From Macrostomum lignano (taxonomy: Eukaryota), in NCBI GenBank assembly GCA_002269645.1, contig NIVC01000307.1:124001-188000 (forward strand): a stretch of 64,000 nucleotides of DNA, read 5' to 3'. The notes below the pieces were generated by a model. The model did not search any database. It was given only the letters and a program-made list of their open reading frames with translations, and was not told the origin of the DNA. Both the position numbers and the translations under genes were made by a program. The number at the start of each line of letters is the position of its first letter. Position 1 is the stretch's first letter. Positions 52,591 to 64,000 of the stretch are shown here, piece by piece.

Positions 52591-53989
52591 CCTCAAAACT
52601 GAAATTTTTATAAAAATCAGCTAAGCTCAGACAGGACATTTTTTGAGTTGTTTCTATAGCTGCAATCTCACTGTCACATGTAAAAATTCTACTTCTTTGA
52701 CTTCAAGCTTTTCGAATTGCCCACTCAAAATACATGTACGTGTAACTCACTCTGTACAGTGCTGCGCACACTGCACTGAGCTTGAGATTAAATTTCTAAG
52801 TTGACCTCTATAAGCATGAGTCAGTGTTTATTCATAAGAAACTCTGTCTAAATAGTTTGTTTAGACAAATAAAAGGGAAGTTCTACTTTTCTGCCTATAT
52901 TTATTCTGTGCTCAAGACTCGGCCAGACACTTCTGAATACTTCATTGTTCCACTCAAGCCTGCTGTATTAAAATGGTCTTGATTATTGTCTGTTTTTCTC
53001 TTCTGTCTGAGTTAGATAATTGGTTCATTTAAAAAAATAACACTAGCGTTTATCTCCTCTCTCCTAATACTAAAACCGACGCGATGTTTGCCTGTCTGTC
53101 TGTCTGTATGTTGCAAGTGAACTCCTACAATCCTGGCAAGTCAGCGTCAAAACTTATATGGGAAAACTGCAAATTTTCCGGATCAGGCTTTAGGCCATTT
53201 TAATCTCTACTCTACATACGCTCGTAGAAAAATCACAACTGTCTGTGTTCTGTCTGTCTGTGGACAATTTTGATCGCTATGGACTCCCAAACCACTCAAC
53301 CAAATGACACCAAATTTTGCACCCACCCTAAACTCACTACGGAGAATGTCTTAGGCTACTTTTACATTTCTTAAATTTGAGTCTTCCTACCTAAAAGTGC
53401 AAAAAACTGCTCAAAATGCGCGTTTTTTTACTTAATCCTTCGTAGCGCCGCTCCACTTCTACCGATTCTCTTCAAATTTGACACAGACAATCTTCAACTA
53501 TTTTGGCACAATCGTGTACTATTTCGAGTCTCAAACTCAATTTTGAACGGCGCTGTGCACTTTTAAAGTTAGGCTGTTTTTTCAGCGAGACAGCCACCCA
53601 ACCTCCGTCCGCCTGCCTCTCTTTCCCGATCTGGGCCCAGATGTGTAAAAGGGGTTTAAAAATTGACTAACTTTCGGCTGCCATAAGTTTGCTCCACGTG
53701 AAGCGATTGACTTTGATCTTGACAAAATTCTTCATTGACTCATTCTCTATCTAAATGTAAAGTTTCAACTCTGTAACTCATTCAGAGCAGAAACTGTAAG
53801 CATGTGAAGTTTGTCTGCTTTTTCTGTTGTTTGTGCCACTCACTCACTCACTCATTCCCCCAGAGCCAGACCAAGGGTCAGGCGATAGGACTGAATGTAC
53901 ATAACAAATGTACAGTGTTTTGGAATAGCTTTCTTTATATCCTTCTTTGCACCTCCGTGGAGGCTACGTTTAGCCACAACAGTTTAGTG

Positions 53990-55626
53990 CAGTGCTGGGC
54001 GTTAACTAGTTAATTGTTTAACTAGTTAATTAACTAGTTAAATTTTTTTAAAAAATCGTTAAATTTTCGTTAAATTTTTTATGTATTAACTAGTTAACAA
54101 AAATCGTTAATTTTTTCCTGTAAGTTAAAGTTAAATGACAAAAGTTAATAATTCCGGGAAATGGAGTTCCCCGGGTTCAAAATCCGCGGGTTTCAACAGC
54201 TTGTATGCCATTAAAAAGTAAAATTAATACATACATAAAATAACTTCGCCTTTCTAAGCATTATTTAATGCGTCACAAACTATTACATGTATATATTTCA
54301 GTTACAAGTTATAATGTATAGAATATTCCGGAAGATTCTGGAATCTTCAACTATTATCTATTGATATTCTACCCAAGGACTACTAGAAGTTATCGTTGTA
54401 CATAGGGATGTCGATTCCCCAGGGAATTTTCTTATTGGGGACCTGGGGAATTTACTGTCATTCCACGGGGATCCCGGGAAAAAATAAGTAAAAAACGGCG
54501 GATAACTTAGATCTTTATAAGTCACTAAGTGGCATTTTTTAAACTTTGATTAAAGCTTTGGATGGACTACATATTCAAGGCGCAAGGGTAAAAACTTTAA
54601 GCAATGTTTGTTTAAAACTGTATTTGACAACATGGCATCACCAAATCGTGTGCACACCTTTATCAGAAAGGGTCCAGACTCCGGAGGCGGAAAATGCATG
54701 CTCAGCAGCTGCACTCGTGGGAGGATAATTAATGAATGAGACTGTTTTTGTAATCGGAATTTTAATTTCTTGCAGATACATGTAAATCACCATTTTGTCC
54801 TGTCTAATACGGAGTATTTTGTTATTGTATGACACCCCCCTATGCGTCAGTGACTGACACAGGATATGGCGCTGTGCCTGTGTCAAATCTGTCAAGCCGT
54901 CAACGTAGACCAACACAATAGTCAGTAAGGCTTCTTTTTCCTGACAGGTTTCTACGCTCGTACATTCAATTTGCTTGATTGAAAGACTCATAGTGAAAAA
55001 AAAACATTCAAACGGGTTGCTAATTTCATAAGACCGAAATTTCACAACGCCGAAAATTCTACATGCAATACAATCCTTATTGTAAAGTTTTCTACAATGT
55101 GAAATTTTGGTCTTATGAAGTTTCGGTCTTGTGAAGTATGGTGTTTCGGCGTTGTGAAATTTCAGTCTTATGAACCCCCCCCCATTCAAACGTGTGTTGT
55201 GTTTGAAATAATACATTGAAATAAGCAGTTTTGCGGTAAAAAAGCATAGACAGAGTTTCAATCAGCTTTCTGTGAATGATTTTCTTATTTAAATGGCAAA
55301 AATTTAGTTAAAAATGCTTTTTTTCTCCCCAGGGTCCCCGGTCTAATTCCCAGGGGAGTATTCCCTGACAAGCTCCCCAGGGCGCCGCGACCTGGCCACA
55401 GCCGCGCCGCGCCGACCTGAAATTTAAAAAACACGCCGAACACATGTCCAGGAAAATGTCACTTTTTCTGTTAGGGAATTATTAACTTTAACTTTTAACT
55501 TTTCAGAAGTTAAATTTTGGGCAAAAGTTAAATAATTAACTAGTTACAGTTAATTTTTTTGGAGCAATTAAATTAACTTTTTAACTTTTAACAAGTTAAA
55601 AAAATTGATTAACTTGCCCAGCACTG
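53990..55626. mobile_element. hAT-type non-autonomous element with probable nested insertions
   Basis: TIR cagtgctgggc / gcccagcactg; perfect 8-bp TSD gtttagtg; ttaac/gttaa subterminal repeats. The internal segment ~54152-54205 recurs at ~57880-57932. Confidence 0.85.
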
Positions 55627-56059
55627 GTTTAGTGAGAAATTCTAACCACTGCCCTCACCTCTGTATTGGCAAACTCTGCAGCAGTTTAACAGTGGATGGC
55701 AATTGGCAAATCAAGGCAATCTGGCATGGTTTGTGAAAGCGAAAGATTTATGAAAAGGTGATGCAATGCAATACAACCCTACTAAATTAGGCACACCATG
55801 GAAATTTTAAGTTTCTCTTAAAAGTACCTTAAATTTTAAATGTCCTCCTAAGAAATGCGTATTTCCTTGGTTGTTAGACTGATGCAGACTGCAGTGGAGC
55901 TGAAAATACACAAATTCCTTTCAGGACTGCAAATTGGCAAGAAAGATGACATGATCAAAGCATGAGAACAGAAATGAGAGTACTACTACGTCCCACAAAC
56001 TGGCTTTCCAAGCAGGAATGGGTAGATTTTTACTTCAGAAGCCGTATAAAGAATCCAGC

Positions 56060-56902
56060 TTATGTTCAGGCCAGATGAGAGTGGAAAGGAGAAGGAATAG
56101 ACTATTAGAAGAGAGGAGAGGCGAGAGGGGGATATGAGAAAACATGGAATATAAGAGGAGAGACAAGTGGTGAGGAGAGAGCAGAGAAGAAGGGAGGAAG
56201 AAGCGAGAAGAGGGGAGAAAGGAGGGAGAGGAAAGAGTAAGGTTAGAAGAGGGGAGAGATGAGACAGAGGATCGATGAGAGGAGAGTAGAGAAGAGTGAA
56301 AAGAGAGTAGAGATGAGAGAGCAGAAAGAAGATGACAGAGGGTCAAGAGGAGTGGAGAGATTAGAAAGGAGAGAGTAGAAAGGATAGAGAAGAGAGGAGA
56401 TAAGATGGGGGGAGAGGAGTGAGAAGAGAAGAGATAGTGATAAGAGAGGGGTGTAAGAAGAGGGGAGAAAGGAGAGATGAGAGAGTAAAGGGAAGAGGAG
56501 GAGAGAGGAAAGAGATGAGACAGATGAAAGGAGAGATGAGAGAGTAAAGATGAGAGATGAAAAAGGTGAGAGGAGAGTGCAGAGAGACGAGAGAAGATAA
56601 TAGAGGAGAGAGAGTATAGAAGAGGGAAGAGAAAAGAAGAGAGGAGTAAAGAAAAAAGGAGTCAGAAGAGGTGAAAGGGACGAGTACAGAGGAGATAAGT
56701 GAGAGAACGTATAAGAGAGTAAAGATGACAGATGAGAGAGCAAATGAACAGACGAGAGATGGGAGTAGAGAGAACAGAGGAAAGATAAGAGAGAAGAGAT
56801 TACAGAGACTAGAGGAGAGAGGAGAGACAGGGAGAGAGAAGAGGAAATAGGAGAATGAAGAGGGGAGAGAGTAGAGAGGAGAAAAGAGATGGGAGAGAAG
56901 AG

Positions 56903-56973
<71 letters not shown>

Positions 56974-57620
56974 GAGCAGAGAGAAACGAGAAGAGATAAG
57001 AGAGAAAAGATAAAGGAAGAGAAAGGAGAAATGAAAGAGCAGACGAGAGAGAAGAGAGGTGAGGAAAGAGACGAGAGAAAAGGGGAGAGAGGAGAGAGAA
57101 AGGAAAGAGTAGAGAGGAGAGATGAGAGAGTAGAGGAGAGAGTTAAGAGATAAGAGAAAAGAATAGAGAGGAGAAGGAAGAGACGAGAGAAGAGGGGGAG
57201 AGAGGAGAGGAGAGAGAAAACGAAAAAGTAGAGAGGAGAGAGGAGAGCAGAGAGAAACGAGAAGAGATAAGAGAGAAAAGATAAAGGAAGAGAAAGGAGA
57301 AATGAAAGAGCAGACGAGAGAGAAGAGAGGTGAGGAAAGAGACGAGAGAAAAGGGGAGAGAGGAGAGAGAAAGGAAAGAGTAGAGAGGAGAGATGAGAGA
57401 GTAGAGGAGAGAGTTAAGAGATAAGAGAAAAGAATAGAGAGGAGAAGGAAGAGACGAGAGAAGAGGGGGAGAGAGGAGTGGAGAGAGAAAAGAATAGGGA
57501 AGAGATGAAATAAGAGAGATGAAAGAGAAGAGAGATGAAGGAAAATACGAGAGAAGAGAGGAGAGAAGAGAGAGGAGAGAGGAGAGACGAGGGACGAGAG
57601 AGAAGAAAGGAAACAGAAGA
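56060..57620 (+). repeat. Purine-rich low-complexity tract with (GA)n at ~56905-56969 and an internal direct duplication of a few hundred bp
   Basis: Direct reading. Confidence 0.92.
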
Positions 57621-58368
57621 GACGATAGAAATTTTAAAGGATCCAAGGGACATAGGGAGAGTCAGGGAGAGGCCAGAGTTTGCCAACACATGTTTTAGAG
57701 TCAGACAGACATTTCCTGGCATTCTGCGGAGTACCCCAGCCAACAATATCAACGTTTGCCTCAAACCCTAATTTTACACGAATGTGCTCCATTTTATGTC
57801 TACCTCTATCCTACTAACTATTAACAAGTTTTTGTTTGTGTATGTATGGCCTTAGATTTCAGAATACATGCAAAAGTAGTTCCGGGGATTGGAATTCCCC
57901 GGGTTCAAAATCCGCGGGTTTCAACAGCTTGTGTACGAGCTATACTATATAATATAATGTCGATATATCCAGATAGACAAAGTGTAGCAGTTCGATGGCA
58001 TGTGGCGTTTCATGAAGAATGGTGACGTCCAATCTTGTACACCCTGTATGAGCGTGTGTGAGTGTGTGCCTGCATACAGACAGTATTGGCATATTGACGT
58101 TTTCTGTTTTCATATCATATCCTCTTTTACACAGGTGAATTCGAGGTCATTTCTTGCAGTTTCTGCATCAGCTAAAAACTTAATACTTATCAGTTATGTA
58201 CAAGTTTCTTTGGTTAACCTTATTCTTTATAAACATGGCAATCCTATATGAGAAAAATACATTAAATGACAAACTAAAAAACTATGATTTACATGTCCGT
58301 TAAAAGTTCATGTTCGAGCGACAAGCTAGCTAGGCTATCAAAAATAATTTGTACGCTTGTTAAGGATG

Positions 58369-60583
58369 TCAGTCAGACAGGCGCACCAGTCCCCAGAACG
58401 TGACTGCGCTATCTGCGTTGACAACTCTGAAGGCCTCAGGTGAGTGCACGGCCACTCGATCGCCTACTTTGAATCGTCTTTGACTATTGATGACGCAGTA
58501 TGAGCCGTTGGACATCGAGTTCGCCTGATGACACTGGGCCGAAGTGTGCTTGCCGTTCACCTGCAGCGACACGGCAACTGGGCTGGACTCGGAATCTCGA
58601 AAGCTGACCTGGTTTGGGGATAAATCATTTGCCAAGTTCAACGTTCAACATTAACGTTCCACTGACTGGAATGCTCTTGACTGGGATTCTCCTGACTGGA
58701 ATTCCCCGGAGTGGGATTCCCCCGACTGAGATTCCCCTGCCTGGGATTTCCCTGACTGGGGTTCCTCTGGGGTCAGGATTCCACTGACTGAGAAATCGAT
58801 AACTCACTTACCTGGGCATAAATCAGATAAACACCTCCCATATTTAATCCGACGCTGCCCGAATTTCCGGTCAAGTTGAAACCTCCGGCATTGTCATGGC
58901 AACGGCAGCCGACTGTGCGCGATGAGTCCGACTGGCACTCGTCTCGGCAGACTACGGGTCCGAGGCATCCGTCTGTTTGGCGTTTAATGATGTCGTGTTT
59001 TATGGTGAGTCCCCCTAAGAAAGTCCCCCCCCTAAAACACCACCCCCTAAACACCACCCTAAAGCAACCCCTCTAAGACAGCCTCCTAGAATAGCCCCCC
59101 CTTTACAGCACCCCCCTTAAACACAGTCCCACTAAAACAGCCGCCCTTTAAAACAGCCCCCTTAAAACATCCCCTTAAAACAGCCCCATTAAAACAGCCC
59201 CCTTTAAAACAGCCCCATTAAAACACCCCCTTAAAACAGCCCCATTAAAACAGCCCCCCTTTAAAACAGCCCCATTAAAACAGCCCCATTAAAACAGCCC
59301 CATTAAAACAGCCCCATTAAAACAGCCCCCCATTAAAACAGCCCCATTAAAACAGCCCCATTAAAACAGCCCCATTAAAACAGCCCCATTAAAACAGCCC
59401 CCATTAAAACAGCCCCATTAAAACAGCACCCCATTAAAACAGCCCCATTAAAACAGCCCCATTAAAACAGCCCTATTAAAACAGCCCCATTAAAACAGCC
59501 CCATTAAAACAGCCCCATTAAAACAGCCCCCCATTAAAACAGCCCCATTAAAACAGCACCCCATTAAAACAGCCCCATTAAAACAGCCCCATTAAAACAG
59601 CCCTATTAAAACAGCCCCATTAAAACAGCCCCATTAAAACAGCCCCATTAAAACAGCCCCCCATTAAAACAGCCCCATTAAAACAGCCCCATTAAAACAG
59701 CCCCCCATTAAAAAAGCCCCATTAAAACAGCCCCCCTTTAAAACAGCCCCATTAAAACAGCCCCCCATTAAAACAGCCCCATTAAAACAGCCCCATTAAA
59801 ACAGCCCCATTAAAACAGCCCCCCATTAAAACAGCCCCATTAAAACAGCCCCCCATTAAAACAGCCCCATTAAAACAGCCCCCCATTAAAACAGCCCCAT
59901 TAAAACAGCCCCATTAAAACAGCCCCATTAAAACAGCCCCCCTTTAAAACAGCCCCATTAAAACAGCCCCCCTTTAAAACAGCCCCATTAAAATAGCCCC
60001 ATTAAAACAGCCCCATTAAAACAGCCCCATTAAAACAGCCCCATTAAAACAGCCCCCTTAAAACAGCCCCCCTTTACAGCACCCCCCTTAAACACAGTCC
60101 CACAGCCCGCTTAAAACAGCCCCTCTAAGACAGCCACCATATCCACACCAGACAAAAGTGGGGCAGCCAGTCCCATCCCCTCACCAATAGTGTAATACTC
60201 AGTGTCCGATCTCATGCACGGCAAGTCGGTATACTTCACACGAAGTCCCGAACGCGCACAAGTCTTCAATTTTTGCTTATCCAAAACAAAGTGCATGCTG
60301 ACCTATCGAAAGTATGATGGTTTAGAATGAATTGTTTTCACTGTGATGAAAATTTTCACTTATAGAAATCTGATTTATTACCCAGGTAAGTGACAGATCT
60401 TACCGGTTCGTCTGGTGATCTACCGAAAATCGGATTGTTAATGTAAACGGACACCGAGTAGGAGGCCACTGCGGTTGAGCAAATGAAAGCAACGCATGCC
60501 AGAACAAGTGCCGGCTGCCAGCAAGCAAAATTTGCTTCAATATTCACCAGTTTATCAGCAGTTTCTTTGCTGTTATTCGGCAT
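58369..60583 (-). CDS. Type II membrane TNF-superfamily ligand (TNF-like gene 1, ~232 aa)
   Basis: Exons 60583-60404, 60302-60185, 58972-58812 and 58608-58369 with canonical GT..AG and phases 0,1,0. TM ALVLACVAFICSTAVASYSVSVYI. Splicing rebuilds the TNF hallmark GVYLIYAQ|VSF. The C-terminus has GDRVAV and TFWGLVRL. Confidence 0.88.
59030..60130 (+). repeat. 14-bp minisatellite (aaaacagccccatt) filling intron 2 of TNF-like gene 1
   Basis: Direct reading; about 70 copies. Confidence 0.97.
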
Positions 60584-61092
60584 TGTCTGTCTAGTAAATA
60601 TGGCGATAGAACGAATTAATTTTGTTTCTAAATTTACCTGAGCAACTGCGAGAGGGTTCTGCTGTTTAAATAGACCGAGTCTCAAATAATGATGTGCATT
60701 CTGATTTGAATTGAGTACCAAGTGTTGTGTCTAAAAATAGAATATTTAATATTGGCCGCTTCGAGCTTGTGTGCACAGGCCAGTTCACTGACTCAAGGAA
60801 GGACTACAGTTGATAAAATAAAAAAGTTTTATATGCTTTTTTTAATCTAAGATAGCATCATTGGTGCAAACTGCTGTGCTCATGCCTCCGAGTAGTTCGA
60901 ATTCTATATTTAGTCATTTTTCCACCCTTTACTAGTTGGCTGGCTGAGAAACCTTTCAGACTCGTCAGAATTAATCATTGCTAAACTGATCCGGGAGGTT
61001 GCCTTCCGGGTGGTTTAAAAGGCTAATGTACATGTAGCAGCTTTGTCATTTTATACTGATCCAATTCTTGATTTTTCTGTGCTGTACACAGA

Positions 61093-61600
61093 AGATTCTT
61101 GTACAGGTAGCTGGAAGCTATACAGATTCTTGTACAGCTAGCTGGAAGCTATACAGATTCTTGTACAGCTAGCTGGAAGCTATACGGATTCTTGTACAGG
61201 TAGCTGGAAGCTATACAGATTCTTGTACAGCTAGCTGGAAGCTATACAGATTCTTGTACATGTAGCTGGAAGCTATACAGATTCTTGTACAGGTAGCTGG
61301 AAGCTATACAGATTCTTGTACATGTAGCTGGAAGCTATACAGATTCTTGTACATGTAGCTGGAAGCTATACAGATTCTTGTACAGGTAGCTGGAAGCTAT
61401 ACAGATTCTTGTACAGGTAGCTGGAAGCTATACAGATTCTTGTACAAGTAGCTGGAAGCTATACCGATTCTTGTACAGGTAGCTAGAAACTGTACAGATT
61501 CTTGTACAGGTAGCTGGAAGCTATACAGATTCTTGTACAGGCAGCTGGAAACTATACAGATTCTTGTACAGGCAGCTGTAAGCGATACAGATTTTTGTAC
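61093..61600 (+). repeat. 31-bp minisatellite (gattcttgtacaggtagctggaagctataca), ~16 copies
   Basis: Direct reading. Confidence 0.96.
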
Positions 61601-62118
61601 ATGGAATTTTTTAGCCATGGATTGTAGTTTTTGATAAAAATGTGGATAGATTTTACTCAGCTGTTTCTTTACTTTCTACTGCAGTCCAGCCATTTATCAA
61701 GTAGTATTTATTGAAAAATGATTAAAAAAGTTTTTTACACAGATAAAACCAAAAGTACAGCCCGCAATGCAAAATTCGCAGAGCGGAGTGAGAGAATTAC
61801 AACGCTGCCTTTGACTCGCTTTCGAGCTGCACCCAGACAGGCGGAGCGCTTATGCTAAATAGTAGACTCTCTACAAGTTCCAGTTTACTTAAAGAGTTCT
61901 TGCAATCGCTAATTGCTTAGAATTGCTGCTTTTTGTGGCGGAGTTTTTTGTCAGGTTCTGTTGGAAAATGCTGCGTCATTTTACATGCATGCATGACCTA
62001 AAGTTCTTACTGCCTATTCTACATGTACCTTCCACGAGTTGCAATTGCAAAAGTGTGTGAATACCGCCTGCTTTGGTTGTCTACTAATCTACTATTTTAC
62101 CAAACCATTGTTTAGACT

Positions 62119-63663
62119 TCTCTGTAGCTGGCGCCCCTCTGTAGTTGGCGCCCCTCTGTAGCTGGCGCCCCTCTGTAGCTGGCGCCCCTCTGTAGCTGGC
62201 GCCCCTCTGTAGCTGGCGCCCCTCTGTAGCTGGCGCCTATCTGTAGATGGCGCCCCTCTGTAGCTGGCGCCCCTCTGTAGCTGGCGCCTATCTGTAGATG
62301 GCGCCCCTCTGTAGCTGGCGCCCCTCTGTAGATGGCGCCCCCTCTGTAGCTGGCGCCCCCTCTGTAGCTGGCGCCCCTCTGTAGATGGCGCCCCCTCTGT
62401 AGCTGGCGCCCCTCTGTAGCTGGCGCCCCTCTGTAGCTGGCGCCCCCTCTGTAGCTGGCGCCTATCTGTAGATGGCGCCCCTCTGTAGCTGGCGCCCCTC
62501 TGTAGCTGGCGCCCCTCTGTAGCTGGCGCCCCTCTGTAGCTGGCGCCCCTCTGTAGCTGGCGCCCCTCTGTAGATGGCGCCCCCTCTGTAGCTGGCACCC
62601 CTCTGTAGATGGCGCCCCCTCTGTAGCTGGCGCCCCTCTGTAGATGGCGCCCCCTCTGTAGCTGGCGCCCCTCTGTAGCTGGCGCCCCCTCTGTAGCTGG
62701 CGCCCCTCTGTAGATGGCGCCCCCTCTGTAGCTGGCGCCCCTCTGTAGCTGGCGCCCCTCTGTAGCTGGCGCCCCTCTGTAGCTGGCGCCCCCTCTGTAG
62801 CTGGCGCCCCTCTGTAGCTGGCGCCCCTCTGTAGATGGCGCCCCCTCTGTAGCTGGCGCCCCTCTGTAGCTGGCGCCCCTCTGTAGATGGCGCCCCCTCT
62901 GTAGCTGGCGCCCCTCTGTAGCTGGCGCCCCTCTGTAGCTGGCGCCCCTCTGTAGCTGGCGCCCCTCTGTAGCTGGCGCCCCTCTGTAGCTGGCGCCCCT
63001 CTGTAGCTGGCGCCCCTCTGTAGATGGCGCCCCCTCTGTAGCTGGCGCCCCTCTGTAGCTGGCGCCCCTCTGTAGCTGGCGCCCCTCTGTAGCTGGCGCC
63101 CCCTCTGTAGCTGGCGCCCCTCTGTAGCTGGCGCCCCTCTGTAGATGGCGCCCCCTCTGTAGCTGGCACCCCTCTGTAGATGGCGCCCCCTCTGTAGCTG
63201 GCGCCCCCTCTGTAGCTGGCGCCCCTCTGTAGCTGGCGCCCCTCTGTAGCTGGCGCCCCTCTGTAGCTGGCGCCCCTCTGTAGCTGGCGCCCCTCTGTAG
63301 CTGGCGCCTATCTGTAGATGGCGCCCCTCTGTAGCTGGCGCCCCTCTGTAGCTGGCGCCTATCTGTAGATGGCGCCCCTCTGTAGCTGGCGCCCCTCTGT
63401 AGATGGCGCCCCCTCTGTAGCTGGCGCCCCTCTGTAGCTGGCGCCCCTCTGTAGCTGGCGCCCCTCTGTAGCTGGCGCCCCTCTGTAGCTGGCGCCCCTC
63501 TGTAGCTGGCGCCCCCTCTGTAGATGGCGCCCCCTCTGTAGCTGGCGCCCCTCTGTAGCTGGCGCCCCTCTGTAGCTGGCGCCCCTCTGTAGCTGGCGCC
63601 CCCTCTGTAGCTGGCGCCCCTCTGTAGCTGGCGCCCCTCTGTAGATGGCGCCCCCTCTGTAGT
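62119..63663 (+). repeat. 17/18-bp minisatellite (ggcgcccctctgtag(c/a)t), ~90 copies
   Basis: Direct reading. Confidence 0.97.
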
Positions 63664-64000
63664 CCTAAAAAGACTGAATCCTTTCCCAGCGGCCATCTCG
63701 CCATTGCATCTCTGCTTTCAGTTTTGTCCAATGGTTCACACCGACACAATGCAACATAGTAATCATGGATTAGTTAGACGTACGTACGTCTGTCAGGGTT
63801 CGTGGGTTGGTTCGTTCCCTTACTGTTTACCAAAATAGCCTTTCTCCAGCCAATGAGAACTATCGAGGTGCTTATTGGACAAAAAACTGAGCCCCAGCTC
63901 TCTCTTCCACCCCCTTTCCTCCTGTTTTCCCAGCAGAACGGTTTAATAGGAGGGGCTCCCAGCCACCCCCCTTCGAGCCTCTATAACAGACAGACAGACA

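Noticed and set aside
53060-53620. Possible Helentron/DINE-like element with short (GTCT)n tracts
   Set aside because: Suggestive only; subterminal inverted repeats and a 3' hairpin could not be delimited.
56035-57771. Ser/Leu-rich minus-strand ORFs as multi-pass membrane proteins
   Set aside because: Translations of the purine-rich low-complexity tract.
62092-63749. 534/545-aa minus-strand ORFs (RGASYRGAPATEG)
   Set aside because: Derived from the 17/18-bp array with no codon-phase conservation.

Overview
Eukaryotic (animal) genomic DNA with spliced genes, GC-rich exons in AT-rich, minisatellite-laden flanks, and interstitial TTAGGG. This resembles a free-living flatworm such as Macrostomum, but that is inference only. 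Host genes I could assemble by hand: (1) the 3' six exons of a TRPM channel ending in a full-length NUDT9-homology domain with no recognisable Nudix box (1-3392, +); (2) three tandem secreted prepropeptide genes whose C-terminal peptide after RR carries a C-x-x-K-F-C ring resembling urotensin II/somatostatin-related peptides (9.5, 12.3 and 14.4 kb, +); (3) another secreted precursor (34.0 kb); (4) two paralogous single-Ig type I membrane proteins (36.3 kb, frameshifted in the TM; 44.2 kb, intact); (5) two four-exon type II membrane TNF-superfamily-like ligand genes with identical intron phases (50.3-47.0 kb and 60.6-58.4 kb, -). Mobile DNA: a full-length RNase H-containing LINE nested with a 12-bp TSD in a mariner-derived element, a 5'-truncated AT-rich LINE, an RTE-like fragment, two more mariner relics, several hAT-type MITEs with 8-bp TSDs and a probable SINE. 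About 20 tandem arrays account for most long ORFs in the supplied track. All assignments come from motif recognition and manual splicing; no searches were run.
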